Shown here piece by piece: positions 11,850 through 22,089 of a DNA stretch of 38,710 nucleotides. Position numbers and translations under genes: made by a program. Origin of the DNA: Octopus bimaculoides (taxonomy: Eukaryota); the NCBI RefSeq assembly GCF_001194135.2, contig NC_068988.1, forward strand, positions 46,614,567 to 46,653,276. Reading direction: 5' to 3'. How positions within the stretch are numbered: the first letter of the stretch is position 1; each line of letters begins with the position of its first letter. The notes under the pieces were generated by a model. The model ran no database searches. It was given only the letters and a program-made list of their open reading frames with translations, and was not told the DNA's origin.

Positions 11850-12590
11850 TAAGCAGGACCTGATGGTGTACAGGGATTTGAGATAAAAAGAAGTTCATTA
11901 GTTGCCATAAATTGATCGCAGAACAATTTAATGAATTGATCAATGGAAAAGAAGAAATCCCGGGCTGGTTGACAAAAGGACGAATGGTGTTGCGCCTGAA
12001 GGATGCATCAAATGGTAATGTTGCTGACAATTATAGACCAAGTTCCAGCCTCCCGTTAATGTGGAAGTTACTGACAGGAGGAATTGCAGAAGAACAGTAT
12101 CAATTTCTTGAAAGTGACATATTACCGCCTGAACAAAAAGGCTGTAGAAGGAGATGAAGAGGTACCAAAGATAAACTATTGATAGACAAAATTGTAATGC
12201 AAGATTGTAAACGAAGGAGAACGAAGCTGGTATGGCCTGGATTGACTATCGAAAATCTTATGATACGATCTATATTCGTGGATCATCGAGTGCTTAGAAC
12301 TGTTTGGAATTGCGAGGAATGTAACGTGTTTTCTGAAGAGAAGTATGGCGGGATGGAAAATTGAACTGACATCTTACAGAAAAAGATTTGGCACCCTGGG
12401 TATCAGAAGAGGGATTTTCCTGGGTGACAGCCTATCTCTGTTGCTTTTTGTTCTCTGCATGATACCCTTGACATTGATACTTAGGAAAATGAACTCTTCT
12501 TGATGGATAATTTGAAACTGTACGGCAAAGTGAGTTTCTTGGTGGACGCGGTCCATTGTTTTAGGGTCTACATTTGAATGGAATTTGGAA
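11850..12590 (+). pseudogene. Reverse transcriptase domain, frameshifted
   Basis: ORF fragments 11912-12157 and 12179-12364 plus downstream GDSLS and LMDNLKLY (decayed F/YMDD) motifs. Confidence 0.9.
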
Positions 12591-13149
12591 TCAAGAAGTC
12601 CGGAGTATTCTACCTAAAAAGAGGCAAGGCATAGACCCTGGCAGAGACAGAATTACCGAATAGAGACTTGATTAAGCAAATTGAAACGGAAGGATACATG
12701 CGCATACATTGGTGTACTAGACTGCAACGAGATAATGGAAAAGAAAATGAAAGAGCATATGAGGTGTTGGTGCTGCGCTCAGTTAATACGTGGGTGACAG
12801 CATCACTTCGGTATGGAGCGGGAATTATAAAAGGGCAAAGAGAGAAACGAAGAAAACGGATACCAAAACCAGAAAAATCTCGACAGTACACAGAGCCTTC
12901 CACCCTAAGAGTGACACCGATAGGCTTTACTTGTCCAGAAGAAAGGGTGGGAGAGGTTTGATCAGTTGCCAGGACGGTATCGAAACAGAGGAAAACAGCC
13001 TAGAACGGTATATAAAAAATGCCATGGAGCCACTGTTGAAACACACGAAGGCCGGTGTCATCAAAGCTGAAAATTGTGTAACTAAAGAAGAATGTAAGCA
13101 AGAAATGAACAAAAAAAGATACAGAGGACCGGTGGATATGGATGAGGAA

Positions 13150-13650
13150 GAGTGACCTAAAGATAGACACAGAATCGCTCATATGCGCAGCTCAGAAACA
13201 AGCGTTAAGGACCAATTATATGAAGTCCAGAATTGACGACACTACCGATAGCGACAAACGCAGAATGTGTGGTGAGATGGGTGAAACGGTATGGCACATC
13301 GTTAGCGAATGCCCGAAATTGGCACAACGTGAAAACGACGCCATGACAATATGACAAGAATGATCCATTGGGAGATCTGTGGAAATTATGGCCCACAAAG
13401 ATCAAAGACGTGGTATGAATAAACACCAGACGGAGTCACCGAAAAGGAGAACTGCAAAATCCGGTGGGATGCAATGATCCAGTGCGATCACCTAACCAGA
13501 TACAGGAAACCGGACTTTGTCGTGCTGAATAAAGAAGAAAGAACATGTATGATTATCGACATGTCATGCCCTGGTGACAGGATTAATGTGAAAGAAGAAG
13601 GCAAAATAAACAACTATGACGATTTAAAGTGGGGAGTACGAAGGTTGGAG
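13150..13650 (+). pseudogene. CCHC zinc knuckle and restriction-like endonuclease, interrupted
   Basis: ESLICAAQKQALRTN, (C)RMCGEMGETVWHIVSECPKLAQ, HWEICG, WDAMIQCDH, RKPDFVVLNK, IIDMSCP, KINNYDDLKW. Confidence 0.88.
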
Positions 13651-13659
13651 TGATATCTG

Positions 13660-14008
13660 AAGCTAAGACAAGGAGTACAAGAAGGATACTGAATTGTTGC
13701 AAGAACTGAAAAAAAGAGTAATCTGTCCAAAACAAGCAGAACTAGTAATTTCAGTTAGGGAAGTGAAGGAAATCAGCAAAAACATGAGGAACTGGAAGGC
13801 CCCGGGACCAGATGGATTTCACGGCTACTGGATCAAAAGATTTGGTGAATGTCATGCACGAATAGCTGCGCAACTCAACACCTTGTTAAATGCTGACCAA
13901 GTAAAACCAGAGTGGTTGACATTGGGTAGGACAGTGCTGTGCTTGGAAAACATCAAAAAAGGCAATATGGTAGACAATTACAGGCCGATATCCTGCTTAC
14001 CACTTTAA
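13660..14008 (+). mobile_element. Second, independent R4/Dong-like RT N-terminal fragment
   Basis: NWKAPGPDGFHGYWIK, EWLTLGRTVL, NYRPISCLPL. Paralogous to 11850-12060 but clearly diverged from it. Confidence 0.88.
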
Positions 14009-14365
14009 GTTAATGTGCCTATGGATATATAATCAAGATATGCTTGTCCTGAAAGGTAGCCGGCGTTATTCACCGCGCCTGGATTTTTACAACCTCTTAG
14101 GTTCCGCCCGCTATGAAACATGTAACCCGGATATTACATAATCCATTCCCTAACTCTTGTATTCTTATTCGCACCCCTAGCAACCCTGGTCGCCTCCCGT
14201 GGGTTATAAAGAAAAAAAACTCTTCTTTCAGCTTATCGTTCTTCTATACGGAAAAAAAAACCTTCCGTCTTAATAAACCACTATTTTCCCTGAAAGTTGT
14301 TTTTGATATTTACTACGGATTGCTCGAAGCTAACTTTCTCCCTACACCTCGTTCCCTGGATCTCT

Positions 14366-14396
<31 letters not shown>

Positions 14397-14398
<2 letters not shown>

Positions 14399-14808
14399 TA
14401 ATATTTCTAAGTCTCTCTGAAGGAGACTACAGCAGCGGTACTGGATATTAATAGTTATCACCAAGCTAACAAGGCAGTCCAAAAAAATAGGACGAATGCT
14501 GCCGTTGATTAACTCCAAGAGGCCATCACCTCTAGCTAGCTATGTGACACACGAATCTGTAGAGCAGCCGAACCCAGCAGGCGTCGCTACTGACCGTCTG
14601 TAATCAACGGCAGCATTCGTTCCTATTCGAAGGTTATAATGGTCACAAATTCGTGTGTCACATAGCTAGCTAGAGGCGATGGCTTCTTGGAGCTAATCAA
14701 CGGCACCATCTGTCCTATTGTTTTGGACTGCCATGTTGGCTTGGCGATACCTATTAATATCCAGTACCGCTGCCGTAGTCTCCTTTAGAGAGACTTAGAA
14801 ATATTAAT
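14397..14808. mobile_element. Fold-back / MITE-like element with ~155-bp imperfect terminal inverted repeats
   Basis: 14397-14550 (ATTAATATTTCTAAGTCTCTCT...TAGCTAGCTATGTGACACACGAAT) is the reverse complement of ~14648-14808. Non-coding, flanked by AT-rich sequence. Confidence 0.8.
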
Positions 14809-14863
14809 CTTTCTATTTTTGAAAACCAGTGGATGTATTCCACTGAATTTAGGTAAATAATCC

Positions 14864-15117
14864 TTCGTACAGACGGTCAGTAGCGACGCCCACTGGGTTC
14901 GGCTGCTCTACATTGATAAGAGGCAATACCTCGAAACTAGTCTGTAGATGCCAGACCAGCAAGGGGAAGCGGCTACGTCTCTTGTTCGAAGGTTATAATG
15001 GACACAGATTCGTGTGTCACATAGCTAGCTAGAGGTGATGGCTTCTTGGAGCTAATCAACGGCAGCATTCGACCTATTTTTTTGGACTACCATGTTGGCT
15101 TAGCGATAACTATTAGT
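14864..15117. mobile_element. Partial second copy of the fold-back element
   Basis: 14867-14908 is the reverse complement of ~14549-14590. ~14986-15117 directly repeats ~14627-14758. Confidence 0.8.
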
Positions 15118-15273
15118 ATATATATATATATGTTTATATATATATACGTGTATATATATATATGTATATATATAATAATAATATTAGGGACAAAATCCAA
15201 AATTACAGGTAAAAAACTCAATTAAAATCAATTTATAAAAAATTAAAATTAAATTGAGCCTTATAGATAAAGT

Positions 15274-15573
15274 ATATATAAAATATATAGTTTTAGGGAA
15301 AATAACCAATTTTCAAGAACTCATCGATGAAAATCCACTATCACATATAGAAAAATTAATAATTAAAAGCACAATAAATGAGTATAATATAAAGTAAAGT
15401 AAATATCATAAGATAAATATAATATTATATTTATCTTATGATATTTACTTTACTTTATATTATACTCATTTATTGTGCTTTTAATTATTAATTTTTCTAT
15501 ATGTGATAGTGGATTTTCATCGATGAGTTCTTGAAAATTGGTTATTTTCCCTAAAACTATATATTTTATATAT
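15274..15573. repeat. Perfect 300-bp palindrome (2 x 150 bp, no spacer)
   Basis: Checked base by base. The centre lies between 15423 and 15424 (ATAAT|ATTAT), with no mismatch until 15273/15574. Confidence 0.95.
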
Positions 15574-15599
15574 GTATATATATATATATATATGTATGT

Positions 15600-15790
15600 A
15601 TCATCATCATCATCATCCCCCCCCTCATCATCATCATCATTTTAATGTCCTCATTCTCGTTCTTGATTCGATCAAACAGAATTGGGTGAGACACATTTTC
15701 CACCCTTAGGTTACCCGTCTGCTGTCACCCTTCACTCGTTTCCAAGTAGGTTTATATTTCCTCCTGACTACACTTTTCTTGGATATCTGG
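15600..15790 (-). mobile_element. Possible degenerate RTE-type LINE/SINE 3' end with an (ATG)n tail
   Basis: (CAT)n tract followed by TTTAATGTCC, an arrangement I recall for RTE 3' ends. No second copy in the window. Confidence 0.3.
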
Positions 15791-16221
15791 AAACGAATGA
15801 GACTGTTTATACGATGCTGACACTTGCATAAAATTATTATGTAATATGAAACCAAGAGGATACAAAAACTCACAAACATACATATATTATAGAAAGATGT
15901 GATAATTTTATATGTGAAATCGATACTATACTTTATGTAACAAAAAGCTTCCAATTTTGATGGATAAATACCTCCCTAGCGACCGAGAAAGTCTTTGGTA
16001 GACATACTATCAACTTAAGCTACACATGCACCGTTAATATACGCATTCTACCATCTAAGGGTTATATAATAAACGGAATCGGAAATAGTTTATATTTTCG
16101 AAATATAGCTAATAAATGGCTTAGTCTGATGTTATATAATTATGGCCAGAACATATTAATAACTACATATTGGAAGATATGTCGTTTGTGTTACTTTATC
16201 TTTCTATATGCCTGTCAGTCT

Positions 16222-16245
16222 ATCTATCCATCCATCCATCCATCC

Positions 16246-16308
<63 letters not shown>
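16222..16308. repeat. (TCCA)n-(TCTA)n tetranucleotide microsatellite
   Basis: Directly visible. Confidence 0.97.
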
Positions 16309-16310
<2 letters not shown>

Positions 16311-17774
16311 CCAATTCATCTTGCTATTCCTGTAGTTGTTCAATTGATCTGTATTCGTATCTATCAATTTGTCTGTATTTCTATCTATCATTTTGCCAGT
16401 CTGTCTGTGGTAGAGATACAAAACAGTGTGAAACGTTCAGAGGAGTAAAGAACATAATAGAATGGTATAACATAAGTTATAGATTTTATTTTAAGCTGAG
16501 ATTGCATAGATTGTATCTATTAGTTTAACGCAATCAGTGAAATAAATGAGATGATTTTTATCTATTGATGGCATAAACTATAAAACATGAAGTTGAATAA
16601 ATATGTTAACAATATAAAACGTTTGATACAGTCGGGACGTTACTGTATAAGGCTACCAGTCTTTCTTTTGATTGTCTCTTTGATAAATGACAACAAATAT
16701 AAAAAAAATTTTATCCATGTTAACTGAAGAAAAGTTTTTGATTATTTTCGAAAGTGATGATTGTTAGGCGTCTATTCATTTCCTCTTTCTTTGCCATTAA
16801 ATAATTGAAATTATTTTAACGAATATTTTGATTTATGACGACAAAATATATAAATTCAGAATGTCTTTGTTCAATATGAAATCTATATGAAAACGTATTC
16901 TCACTTGCGATGAGAATATCACGAATATCATTACCAACTTTATAAACTTAACATCTTGCCATATATTCCAAATAACTTTGTAGTTCTCAGCAAAATCACA
17001 TTTCGATAAAATTCCGTTATGCCTCATTTTAAATTTTTTAAAAGAATATCGATGTTGTTTAAATCATTCATTAAATATTTGTTTTAAATACTTTTGTGCA
17101 ATAGCCAATTCATTTTGAAAGCATACCTTATCTAAAGGACAATTCACGAGATTAAGACAGTTACATGAATGAGAAGTATTATATAAAGGTAGTTGTTTAG
17201 AATTTTTACTAATATTGAATACTATTTCTTTTGCACAAATTGTGTATCATTGTTTCTATCAAAATTTTATAATATCTATGATTTTTCAGGGAAATGTTTA
17301 CTAATGCTGTAAATGATAGAAATTTCCTGAAACCATATTAATGTGTAATGTAAAAAAATTTATTTGAAACAGAAAAACAGCACTCAATAAAGATCTAGGA
17401 TAAAGATTATATATTAATAAAGTCATTCTATACACTAAAATATGATTACTCAGATTTTCGTACAAGAATATAACACTATGCAACCAACCAACCAACAAAT
17501 AGTACAATATGATATTTATCGCAAGCTGGATAAAGATTTAGCCTTCAGCAGACGTTATATATATTATAGAGTCTGCTCATTACATGATAACTTAACATTA
17601 TACTTTAAATAACCTATAGAAGGATTATATATCTACCAGCGTGTGCGTATGATTAAAATGTAATCCAGCCACAACTAGTTCATCTAATGGATCTATCCGA
17701 TAATCAACGTGACCATATTTTACGATGACAGGATGTGAATTCAGGGAGACTTAGCTGGTTTTGTTTTCAAACAG

Positions 17775-18279
17775 GAGCAGAATGCCGATGTGACAGACGT
17801 AGAAAATCAAAAATTCCCGGAGAAAGCGGAGACCAAATGAAAAAAGAAAAACTAGTGAGCTCACCTCCAAAGAGTCCAAAAAAATGTAGAGTGAAATAGA
17901 CATTGCACAACTTATGCGGCATACACTTCCAACAGCATCACCAATAAAAGGAAACAAAAAGGAAACCTACCCAGACAGCCCAAGTTCACCGCAGAAACAA
18001 ACAATCAAAGAGCCCAGGAAAAATAAATACTATATGGTAACATATACAAGAAGTACGGCGATAGAAAGGAAAATAACCAAATTCAAATCGGTTGTTAGAG
18101 TAAAATTATTAGCGGAGCTTTACACAGAAAATACAAAAGGCATAGTAATAGAGAGGCATGGAAAATTAAAAGAATGGTCTGGAACCAAAATAGACCCATT
18201 GGGAGTGGAAGTAGAGTTCGACGACCTACTGCCTGTTGCAGATTATGTAGATTTGAAGCCATACAGGAACACGTAAAGC
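17775..18279 (+). pseudogene. Purine-rich, interrupted coding-like segment (possibly a decayed TE ORF or exonised remnant)
   Basis: 120-aa ORF 17914-18276 with S/P/K-rich start, preceded by short in-phase-looking fragments separated by stops. Bounded by TTTTGTTTTCAAACAG and GTAAGT. Confidence 0.3.
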
Positions 18280-18539
18280 GTAAGTAAAATTTTAAAATTT
18301 TGTTAGAGACTACACATCTGAAGCTAAAAAGGAAAAAAAGAAGGGGGAAAAATGATTTTAAAACTTTTGATGTAAAACAGTTAAATGGTACTGCTTGAGA
18401 ATAGGGTTCAAGTAGCCATTACATCCTCATTAATTTTATCCATCTGTCATTCATTCGTTTTATGTTATTTGTCCCCACTGTAGTGTTCTGTCTGTCCTTG
18501 TGCCGTCCCCCTTTGTGTCATGGCCTGTGTGCCAAATAA

Positions 18540-18615
18540 AAAAAGCAGTCAGTGAGGTGCGCCGTTCAGGCCAATCAGGCAGACGACGAAGATACGTCGT
18601 CATAATGCGGGACAT
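18540..18615 (+). promoter_or_regulatory. CpG-rich patch with a consensus CCAAT (NF-Y) box
   Basis: GGCCAATCAG at ~18570, a local CpG cluster in otherwise CpG-poor DNA, and an AAG|GTATGT donor at 18796/18797. Confidence 0.25.
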
Positions 18616-18622
18616 ATCAATA

Positions 18623-18624
18623 TG

Positions 18625-18691
<67 letters not shown>

Positions 18692-18715
18692 TTGTGTGTG
18701 TTTGTGTGTGTGTGC
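18623..18715. repeat. (TG)n microsatellite, imperfect
   Basis: Directly visible. Confidence 0.95.
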
Positions 18716-19171
18716 TTAATTTACAAGGAAAGATCCAGAGATTACTTACCAGGGTAGCCAAATTTCACATAAGCACCTCAGAATTTACTAACCAAGGTAT
18801 GTAATTATCAAGAATAATTTTGCTAAGTATACCGATATCGGTAATATGGTAATAAAAATGATTCAAATAACATGTCCGTTTGTCTCCATTTTCCATTTCT
18901 CTTATGTTCTCCAGAAACCCATGCAAGTGTGGTTAGTAATTTTTTCTTAGGCGCTTATGTGACATATACATGTGCATACACCCCCACACACCCAAGCACT
19001 AAGAAAACATCATTGCATCTTACCATCTCACCTCCACTGAAAGTAGAGCAATATGCAACTAGATCCTACTGATCCGTCTTTGTTTGGTTTCACTATTACG
19101 CACGTTCTCTCATGCGGAAAGCACATCCTTAACATAGGTGGGTCTGTATCTTACAAACTAGTTCTTCTCAC

Positions 19172-19229
19172 CAAGGGCAAAAAATACATCAGGCAGGTCC
19201 CTACAACTATTAGCCCTATATACATATAG
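19172..19229 (-). CDS. Candidate 58-nt exon (LYVYRANSCRDLPDVFFAL, or YMYIGLIVVGTCLMYFLPL in the other open frame)
   Basis: Minus-strand acceptor GGTCCTCCCTTCAG and donor TTG|GTGAGA. Two frames are open. Confidence 0.2.
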
Positions 19230-19280
19230 CTGAAGGGAGGACCACAGCAAAGTATTTCTGCCACATGTGCTGCAACAATG

Positions 19281-19322
<42 letters not shown>

Positions 19323-19625
19323 GCATTCTGAACCATATCCACAGAAAGACACTCAACCAACCAAATTGTATAAAAATTACCTACAAATATACTCCAGCCA
19401 CGATTTCACAGATGTGCTTTTCTGACATTCCTTCAATAACTTCTCTTGCTTGGGGGTTATTATTTTTGTGCCACTTCCCCTGAAACAAACACGACGCATT
19501 AATCCCTCTTCCTCTCGCCGTTATTATTGCGTCCAAACCGTTAGATAATAAAATAACTAGTATTTCTACCCCACATCTTCTTTGGAAATCCATCCCTACT
19601 CTTCTAGCAGTTGAAGCAAAACATT

Positions 19626-19812
19626 GGTTTAAAATTTTGGAAAGAGGCCAGACATTTTGGTGGGAGAGGGGGGCAAGTCAATTATGATAACCCTAGTGTT
19701 CAACTGGTACATATTTTATCGAACTCGAAATGGCAAAAGCGGAATCAACTTCGGCGGATTTTAACTCAGAATGCAAATACGGACGACATGCCACTAAATA
19801 TTTCGCCTGGCT
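19626..19812 (-). mobile_element. tRNA-derived SINE, family A, degenerate
   Basis: Reverse complement aligns with 31542-31768 and 29595-29798. Confidence 0.8.
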
Positions 19813-20133
19813 TTTATTGAAACAAAATAATAACAGCATCATTATCGTTAGTCTCGGAGGATTTATAAAAGTCATAGGCGCTTCTCCTTCCTCTAGGTGC
19901 ATGCAAAAAGCAAACGAAAGAAGTTAAACAAAAAGCTACACATATTAACCTAACCACAGCTTAATATAGAACTAGAGCTGAATGCTTTGGAGTCAACACC
20001 CTATGACCTGAAATATCCTAGTTGTGACTATACCAATTTTATTATATATCTAGGACTGTTTTAAGACAGTAGAGTATGGTTTGATGGAGATTTTTGCAAG
20101 CGATTTCTAATAGGTCAAAGAACCACTAAATAA

Positions 20134-20325
20134 TGGTTTCAAATTTTAGCACAAAGCCAGCAATTTTAGTAGAGGAGGGGATGTAAGTCGATTACGTCAA
20201 CCTCAGTGTTCAACTGGTACTTCTCTTATCGATCCCGAAAGAATGAAAGACACAGCCGACCTTGGGGTAATTCGATCCGCGAACGTAAAGACTGACGAAA
20301 TGCCGCTAAGCTTTTAGCCCTGCGT
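20134..20325 (-). mobile_element. tRNA-derived SINE, family A
   Basis: Reverse complement aligns with 31542-31768 (CTTAGCGGCATTTCGTCAGTCTTTACGTT...CTTTCGGGATCGATAAG..AAGTACCAGTTG). Confidence 0.85.
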
Positions 20326-20651
20326 GAATCAAACACATAATAATGGCTTCTTTATTAGGTCATGCTATTCAGTGTTGTTGCTTTTGTTGTTCTCATGTAA
20401 TGCTCAGCCAACTCCGAGCAGCAGGCTTATGATCAAAGATGTTCAAACAAGTCCATCCCACTTTTTAATATATATGGGTCGAACTGCATTGTCCAGTGAA
20501 TCCTTCTTAATTTAAATCAGCAACGTTTGTTATGAAGACGATTTAGTTGCTATTTTCAGCAGATCATGTGACAGCTTACATGGTTCAGATAGAAATATAC
20601 CATCACACTTTATAAATTCGTAATAATTTCTATGAAAGTGTAGTCACATTA

Positions 20652-21532
20652 CATGGTCTGATCAATAAGTATCCGGACTATTGTCATAGAAACGAAGCTA
20701 AAGCACGCAGAGTAAAGCCGCTTGATACAGATCGACCTTCAGCTCTTTTTGAATGTGCACTAAGTTTTGACGTTCTAGTCCACTTCCGCTGTTAAAAGCA
20801 GTGCTTGGAAGTAACGTGTGTAACGTGTGTTCGTTGCATTGACCATCACAGAGAAAGCTGCTTCAAATTTTACTAAGAGCTTGGCAATACCTTCTCAGAG
20901 GCCTACGCAAAGTTTTCAAAAAAGTTTTCATCGTTCTCCACACAATCAACGAGATCATGTGCAACTGAATCCCCAGAGTCTTTTTGGTCAGCTCAAAGCA
21001 GTTTTGGCACAAACTTGGCAGACGCGCGTCTCATAAACAAATCTTCAGGGATAATGAACTGAACCGAACCGTGACTAATCTGTACATTCTTTGCAAATTC
21101 ACGGATGGTGATTCGACGATTTCCCCTCACAGCTGCACGCACATCTGCGATGTTTTTCTCAATTCTACTGGTTGTAGGTCTCCCAGAATGTTCGTCAACA
21201 TCTACATTTTTCGACCAACTTGGAAGCGTCTGAACCACTCATACACTTGTGTGCTGCTCATGCACTCCTCTCCATACACTTTCTGCAAATTTGCGTAGGC
21301 CTCTCAGCAGGTATTGCCATGACAACTTTCTCTGTTATGGTCAATGCGACGATCACACGTTACACACGTTACTTCCAAGCACTGCTGTAAACAGCGGAAG
21401 GGAGCTAGAATATTAAAACTTAGTGCAAATACACAACAGAGTTTGTGGTAAATCTGTGCTGAGCAGCCTCACTCTTTTTGCTTTAACTTCGTTACTATGG
21501 CAACAGTACGGTTACTTATTGATTAGACCTCG
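20652..21532 (-). mobile_element. Non-autonomous mariner-like element: long inverted arms and a truncated transposase DNA-binding region
   Basis: Termini TA|CATGGTCTGATCAATAAGTA and TACTTATTGATTAGACCTCG. The minus strand encodes VYGEECMSSTQVYEWFRRF, DEHSGRPTTS, RRITIREFA, RRASAKFVPKLL and ENDENF, stopping before the first catalytic Asp. Confidence 0.88.
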
Positions 21533-22044
21533 AATCATGTCTAAAGTGTCATTGATTTACTGTTTTGAGTTCAAACTCTGTTGAAACTGACCTCTGGTAT
21601 CAGCAAAATGTATAAGATCTAAAGTATAGAGATGAATTCACTTGAAACCCACCCACGTATCCTTTTCTATCTATTTCTTTCCTCCTTCACTCCCTCTGGC
21701 TTTCATCCTCAGTTTCTCTGTCTTTCTCTCTCATTCTGTGAAAGATATTAGCTTCATGTCTCTTCAAAACAAATAATTCATTTTATGTTTATTTATTTAA
21801 ATAATATCAGTTATTTTTAATAACTCTGTTTTCCCTCCGTCTGTGACTTCATTGGTAATTAAAGTTATGTGATTAATAGAAAGTTTGAGACATCAGTCAA
21901 ACAGAGAAACAAATAGATAAACCGACAGATATCTAGACAGAGAGGTAGAGAGTGGGAGTAAGACCTATACATACATACACACACATACACACATGTATAT
22001 ATATCCATACATTTACATATACATACATACGCACAAACGCACGC

Positions 22045-22089
<45 letters not shown>

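Larger units (their letters stand above)
9920..13650 (+). mobile_element. Decayed R4/Dong-clade (RLE-type) non-LTR retrotransposon: ~700-nt 5' leader, single ORF from ATG 10619, RT and C-terminal restriction-like endonuclease
   Basis: N-terminal WSKQVNVMVIECYYRS motif typical of Dong/R4. RT motifs: [61 protein letters not shown] (12411-12470), LMDNLKLYG (12500-12526). C-terminus has a CCHC knuckle and a KPD..D RLE motif. Many frameshifts and stops. The boundaries are approximate. Confidence 0.88.

Noticed and set aside
18750-18776. Minus-strand peptide AYVKFGYP resembling the GH9 cellulase motif DYVKFGFP
   Set aside because: An in-frame TGA lies immediately upstream, there is no canonical acceptor, and no other GH9 motif occurs in the window.
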